In this document: positions 60,511 to 64,000 of the stretch, in pieces | Position numbering within the stretch: position 1 is the stretch's first letter | Layout: the number at the start of each line of letters is the position of its first letter | Source of the DNA: Terriglobia bacterium | GTDB taxonomy: Bacteria; Acidobacteriota; Terriglobia; Bryobacterales; Bryobacteraceae | Reading direction: 5' to 3' | Assembly: GCA_963783505.1 (NCBI GenBank) | Contig: CAWAOP010000025.1 | Coordinates: forward strand, 76-64,075 | Length of the DNA stretch: 64,000 nucleotides | Translations under genes and position numbers: made by a program | The notes under the pieces: model-generated | Seen by the model: only the letters and a program-made list of their open reading frames with translations | Told to the model about the DNA's origin: nothing | The model's database searches: none

Positions 60511-60706
60511 TACTCTCTGACGAAGCCGACCGCCTCCCCTTTACGCGACGCGTAGCGTCCGCCGCGCCAGCGGCTTAGTTCTCGTCGGCGATACGGAATT
60601 AACCTACATTGACGGTTTGTCCCCGACCCGTTCTTGAGAATCGCCTCTTCTTTAGGGCTTTAGGCCTGGCGTGGCGGCTCACCGTGTCCGCTGGTAGAAT
60701 TGACTT

Positions 60707-60922
60707 ATGTCCACCCTGTTGGAGAAGGCGCTGGAAAAGGTCGTCGCTCTGCCCCTGGATGAGCAGGACGCGATCGCTTCCCAAATCCTCGCTTCGATAG
60801 CCGACGAGGACGCCTGGAAGGCGCGCTTCGCGGGGAAACGCGATGTGATCCGTCGAATGGCACGGGAAGCCCTCGAAGAAGACGAGCGGGGAGAGACGAT
60901 GCCCTTGGACGATCTGCTTTGA
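60707..60922 (+). CDS. type II antitoxin (addiction-module component)
   Basis: 71 aa. LEKALEKVVALPLDEQDAIASQILASI is typical of this antitoxin class. Its stop overlaps the ATG of the toxin (TGATG). Confidence 0.6.
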   Translation: MSTLLEKALEKVVALPLDEQDAIASQILASIADEDAWKARFAGKRDVIRRMAREALEEDERGETMPLDDLL

Positions 60923-61184
60923 TGCATTCCCGGACCACACGGCAGTTCTGGCGATTGTTTACAGAGTCTCCCCTTGGCGCTCAGCGGGACGCCCAGCGCG
61001 CCTATCGTCATTTTCCGGAGCAACCCGGCGCACCCCGGCCTGCATTTCAAGAAACTGGAAGGCGAGGATAGACATCTACTCGGTTCGCATCGGGCTTGAA
61101 TATCGCGCTCTGGCCGTTATGAAGAAGGATCGAATCGTGTGGTACTGGATCGGCAGTCACACCGAATACGACCGTCTGGTCTGA
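60922..61184 (+). pseudogene. RelE/ParE-superfamily toxin, two +1 frameshifts
   Basis: MHSRTTRQFWRLF...AYRHF in frame A. SNPAHPGLHFKKLEGED in frame B. IYSVRIGLEYRALAVMKKDRIVWYWIGSHTEYDRLV in frame C. Confidence 0.6.
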
Positions 61185-61205
61185 GCTTCTGCCACGTGGC
61201 CGTAC

Positions 61206-62012
61206 CTACCCCGCTTGCCATCCCCTCCACCTCCCCACCCGCACATTCTCTCCGCGCGGCGCCCACACCGCTGGATCGGTCGGACCGAACAGCGCCAGCA
61301 CCGGCGCGCCGGCAGCGGCGGCGAGATGGGTGATTCCGCTATCGTTGCCGATGTAGACGGCCGCGCCCGCGAGCCAGTTCGCCAGTTCGTACAGATTGTC
61401 GATGCGAACCACTTGAGCGCCGTGGGATTCGCGCGCGAGCAGTTCTTCGAGCGGGGGATCTTCCGGCCCCGCGCACCATCGAACGGGCATGGCGCGCTCA
61501 AGCTCGCGCGCTACGCCCTGAAACTTCTCGAGCGGCCAGTTCTTCTTCGCGCTGCCCGAGAACGGGTGGATGATGGCGCAACCGTGGCGCGGCCCATCGC
61601 AGCGAATGCGCGGAACGCCGTCGCTCGTGCAGGGCGCGACCGTTCGCGCCTGGTCCAGGTAGAAATCCGTGGCGTGGACCTCCGAGGCTGCCGCGGGAAG
61701 GGCGGGGAAGAACGTAAACGGGAGTCTCCAATTGCGAACGCAAGCGCGGAAATCTTCCCGGCCCGCGCCGTACCACGAAATAATCGAGTCGAACGTTCGT
61801 AGCTCCTCGATAAGCGCGCCTGGCGGTTCAACCAAGCCGAGAAGATTCAGTCCGGTGGAAGCAATCGAGCGCGCGCGATCGGCAATCTGCGCCAACGGTA
61901 CGTTCGGAGAGGCCGTCCAAACCTCGAAATAGTCTGTTTTCAGGCACTCCAAGGCGGGCAGGGAGACAACAAAATCGCCGATTCCGCCGGGACGGATGGC
62001 CAATCTGCGCAT
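61206..62012 (-). CDS. family 9 glycosyltransferase (heptosyltransferase-like)
   Basis: Start MRRLAIRPGGIGDFVVSLPALE. C-terminal YIGNDSGITHLAAAAGAPVLALFGPTDP. Confidence 0.8.
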   Translation of the reverse strand: MRRLAIRPGGIGDFVVSLPALECLKTDYFEVWTASPNVPLAQIADRARSIASTGLNLLGLVEPPGALIEELRTFDSIISWYGAGREDFRACVRNWRLPFTFFPALPAAASEVHATDFYLDQARTVAPCTSDGVPRIRCDGPRHGCAIIHPFSGSAKKNWPLEKFQGVARELERAMPVRWCAGPEDPPLEELLARESHGAQVVRIDNLYELANWLAGAAVYIGNDSGITHLAAAAGAPVLALFGPTDPAVWAPRGENVRVGRWRGWQAG

Positions 62013-62256
62013 TCCTGACCCAGTATCCCAGAACAGGAAGCCTGCGCGTTGTTTTATCCACAGCGGATGAACCGTAATCAAGCTGTAACGCTTTGAAAAC
62101 TCAGCGTTCAAAAACTTGTGGAAAACGCGCCGCGGCCCGCGAAATGTCCTTGACCAAAAAGCGAATCGGGAGCATTCTGGATGAGGTTCCAAGAGGTTTG
62201 AGGAACAGCCAGCCTCCGAAACGTAGCGGGCCTGGAACGATGATCTGGGACGGCGA

Positions 62257-62815
62257 CTAGAAATAGAAGTAGTCCTGGGGAGCGAAGGGAAATCGGGCGA
62301 ATCGGAAGGCGAGCCGCAAGGTTGGGCTTAACGCGGAACGCTTTGATCCGTCAGGGATGTAAGAGTCCCGAAGGGGAGTGGGAGCGGGTAGCACAGCCGG
62401 GCGCGCGAGTTGCGGAGAGCGCAACGGGCGACAGGCAAAGAAGCGGCCCTGGCCGGGGCAAACCGGCTGGAGCGGTGGAGCCTGAAGCGGACCGGGCGAA
62501 GGAAGCGGCGAGCGGAGAGGCGAAGGAGCAGGCCAGGACCGTATGACCCCGTGGCGGGACCCGCGCAAGCGGGGGTCGTTGCGGGCGAGGGAAAGGCCGT
62601 TACGAGCCGAAGGCTGACGGCAAGAGGCAGACTGCGGCGGGCTTCGAGGCATTGAAGCGGCTTTCGGGAAACCCGGAGGCTGTGGAGCTGAGAGGCGGAA
62701 CGCTCGGGACTCTTGCTGGCGGCGTTCAGAGCCGTGCATGACGGCGGTGAACGAGGCTGGGAATCAGGTCACTTGGAACCATTTCTTTTTGGGGGACCGT
62801 GCTTAGCGGTCCCCC
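62257..62815 (+). ncRNA. candidate large structured RNA (unclassified)
   Basis: About 550 nt without a credible ORF. Purine-rich and T-poor on the + strand. Many local hairpins, several with GNRA-type loops. Ends in a 9-bp GC hairpin. No match to any RNA family I can recognise. Confidence 0.3.
62791..62815 (+). terminator. GC-rich hairpin GGGGGACCG-N7-CGGTCCCCC (weak T tail)
   Basis: Perfect 9-bp stem followed by TTCCCATTTCC and preceded by TTTCTTTTT. Confidence 0.35.
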
Positions 62816-62837
62816 TTCCCATTTCCGGGGTGGCCAG

Positions 62838-62907
62838 CCTCCGCTTCCTCACGGTCGCGGCTCGGCTAGTGGCTGAATCCCGCTCGCCGAGCCGCGACCG
62901 TGAGGGA
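62838..62907. repeat. REP-like hairpin, same family as 38565-38652
   Basis: CCTCACGGTCGCGGCTCGG ... CCGAGCCGCGACCGTGAGG arms around a ~20-nt loop. Lies just downstream of the aminotransferase gene. Confidence 0.75.
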
Positions 62908-63009
62908 GCGTTGCAAGCTGCGGGGGAGATAATCCGCACTCCGCATGCCGCGCCATGAGATAGGCGTAGGCCGGACGCCGCAGAGGACGACGACTAAAGA
63001 CGTTCGGCG

Positions 63010-63891
63010 CTACCTTGCCTCGACGTAGCTCGCCGTGTAAGCAGAGAAGGCGGCCTGCAGGGCCGAGCGGGCCCGGTCATCCCTTCCGGTCGGTTTGCCT
63101 TCGATCTCCAGCACCGGCAGCAGGTCTCGGGTGGTCGAGGTGATGAACACTTCGTCCGCCGATTCAAGATCCGCCGGCATCAGCGTCTTCTCGCCAATCT
63201 CGAAGCCCTCGGCGTGAATCTCGCTCAGCAAGACCTCACGGGTGATCCCGGGAAGGCAGCCCGAACTTAGTGGCGGCGTCCACACTCGATTGCCATCCGC
63301 CACGAAAATGTTGGCCGAGGTGCACTCGGATACTTCCCCGCGCTCATTGAGCAGAATGGCCTCGTCGAATCCACGAGCCTGGACGGATTCCACCCACGTG
63401 AGATTCATAGCCCAGGAAAGGATCTTGGTCCCGGCGAACGGACAAGCCGCATGGCGGGCGTTGGCGACGTACGCCAGTTTCACGCCGGCGCCCCAGTCCT
63501 TGGAATCGGCGGTGAGGGCGATCACGTCGAAGGGCCTGCCTCCCGGAGGTCCGGACCACATGCCGCCGGAATTGCGAACCACCACCACCCGCATCGTGGA
63601 ATGGCGCGCCCCGTTCACCCGGGCCAGTTCCTTCAACTTGGCAAGCAGCGCGTCGGGGTCGTCCGGAATGGGTACGTGCAGAGCGGTAGCGTCGCGGCGC
63701 ATACGCGCCCAGTGCCGCTCAAACGCGAACGGTATGCCCTCTACGATTTTCAGCGTGCTGAAGACGCCCCACCCGGCGAGCAGCCCGGTCTGAGCCGGAG
63801 AAAGAGTCAGAGCCGTAGCTTCCTGGATGACGTCATTGTGCAGAACAAAACGGTGGACCACGAAGCTGATTTTAGCAGCCGTCAGCGCCAT
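63010..63891 (-). CDS. class IV aminotransferase (aminodeoxychorismate lyase / D-amino-acid or branched-chain type)
   Basis: 293 aa. GVFSTLKIVEG...FERHWARM, ECTSANIFV, LPGITR. Confidence 0.85.
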   Translation of the reverse strand: MALTAAKISFVVHRFVLHNDVIQEATALTLSPAQTGLLAGWGVFSTLKIVEGIPFAFERHWARMRRDATALHVPIPDDPDALLAKLKELARVNGARHSTMRVVVVRNSGGMWSGPPGGRPFDVIALTADSKDWGAGVKLAYVANARHAACPFAGTKILSWAMNLTWVESVQARGFDEAILLNERGEVSECTSANIFVADGNRVWTPPLSSGCLPGITREVLLSEIHAEGFEIGEKTLMPADLESADEVFITSTTRDLLPVLEIEGKPTGRDDRARSALQAAFSAYTASYVEAR

Positions 63892-64000
63892 CAGCCATCA
63901 GCTTTCAGCAACCAGCCAATGCGCCTTTGCTGAAAGCTGGATCGCTACTTCCAATTCGCGAACGGGTTCGTTCTCGCCCCTCGGCACGCCGCCAGCAGAT

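Noticed and set aside
62257-62739. 160-aa ORF on the - strand across the candidate RNA region.
   Set aside because: Pro/Ser/Arg/Leu low-complexity translation with no RBS or family resemblance. It is a typical chance ORF on the pyrimidine-rich strand.
62257-62815. Assignment of the purine-rich region to RNase P RNA, tmRNA or a group II intron domain V, or to a CsrB-like GGA-motif sponge.
   Set aside because: The GGAAAGUCCGGGC / ACAGAACCCGGCUUA cores, the tmRNA ends and the domain V consensus are all absent. The roughly 23 GGA motifs are about what the G/A-rich composition predicts by chance. It is therefore left unclassified.

Overview
GC-rich bacterial chromosomal segment. By inference it is an Acidobacteriota-type genome: it has a BlaI/BlaR1-M56 pair with a VWA + GWxTD-like sensor, a TIGR03435-type periplasmic protein, TAT-signal Gfo/Idh/MocA and UxuA-like enzymes, and many REP-like palindromes.

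Core content:
- 2-hydroxyacid dehydrogenase, FAD monooxygenase, secreted beta-helix protein
- blaI-blaR1-like pair, VapBC, MerR regulator
- infC, DinB, DJ-1/PfpI, purS, Memo-like protein, GT2, TrmB, a NarL-type response regulator
- pyrR-pyrB-pyrC, a SirC-like gene, GH127, a TonB_C protein
- SAM hydroxide adenosyltransferase, cysteine desulfurase plus mnmA, an O-antigen ligase
- dnaG-rpoD, YihY, an amidase with a small partner ORF, GT9, a class IV aminotransferase

Accessory content:
- A left-edge integration scar (tRNA 3' fragment).
- A two-gene module at 37.1-42.4 kb: a 1212-aa subtilase + gluzincin double protease with a ComEC-like MBL hydrolase. This is my best candidate for an undescribed system.
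- A degraded island at 43.9-50.6 kb with phage tail-module remnants, ankyrin genes, an A2M fragment, a Cys-rich lipoprotein and BrnTA.
- An IS91-family transposase plus tyrosine recombinase, next to a RelE/ParE-like TA pair.
- A ~550-nt purine-rich, ORF-poor region (62.26-62.82 kb) that may be a large structured RNA.

No rRNA, intact tRNA or CRISPR array was seen.

Major caveat: at least 18 single-base frameshifts interrupt otherwise conserved genes, including essential dnaG and rpoD. Nearly all are in the same (+1, extra base) direction and several sit in short homopolymers. Many apparent pseudogenes are therefore probably assembly indels. All family calls come from reading the translations by eye; no searches were run.
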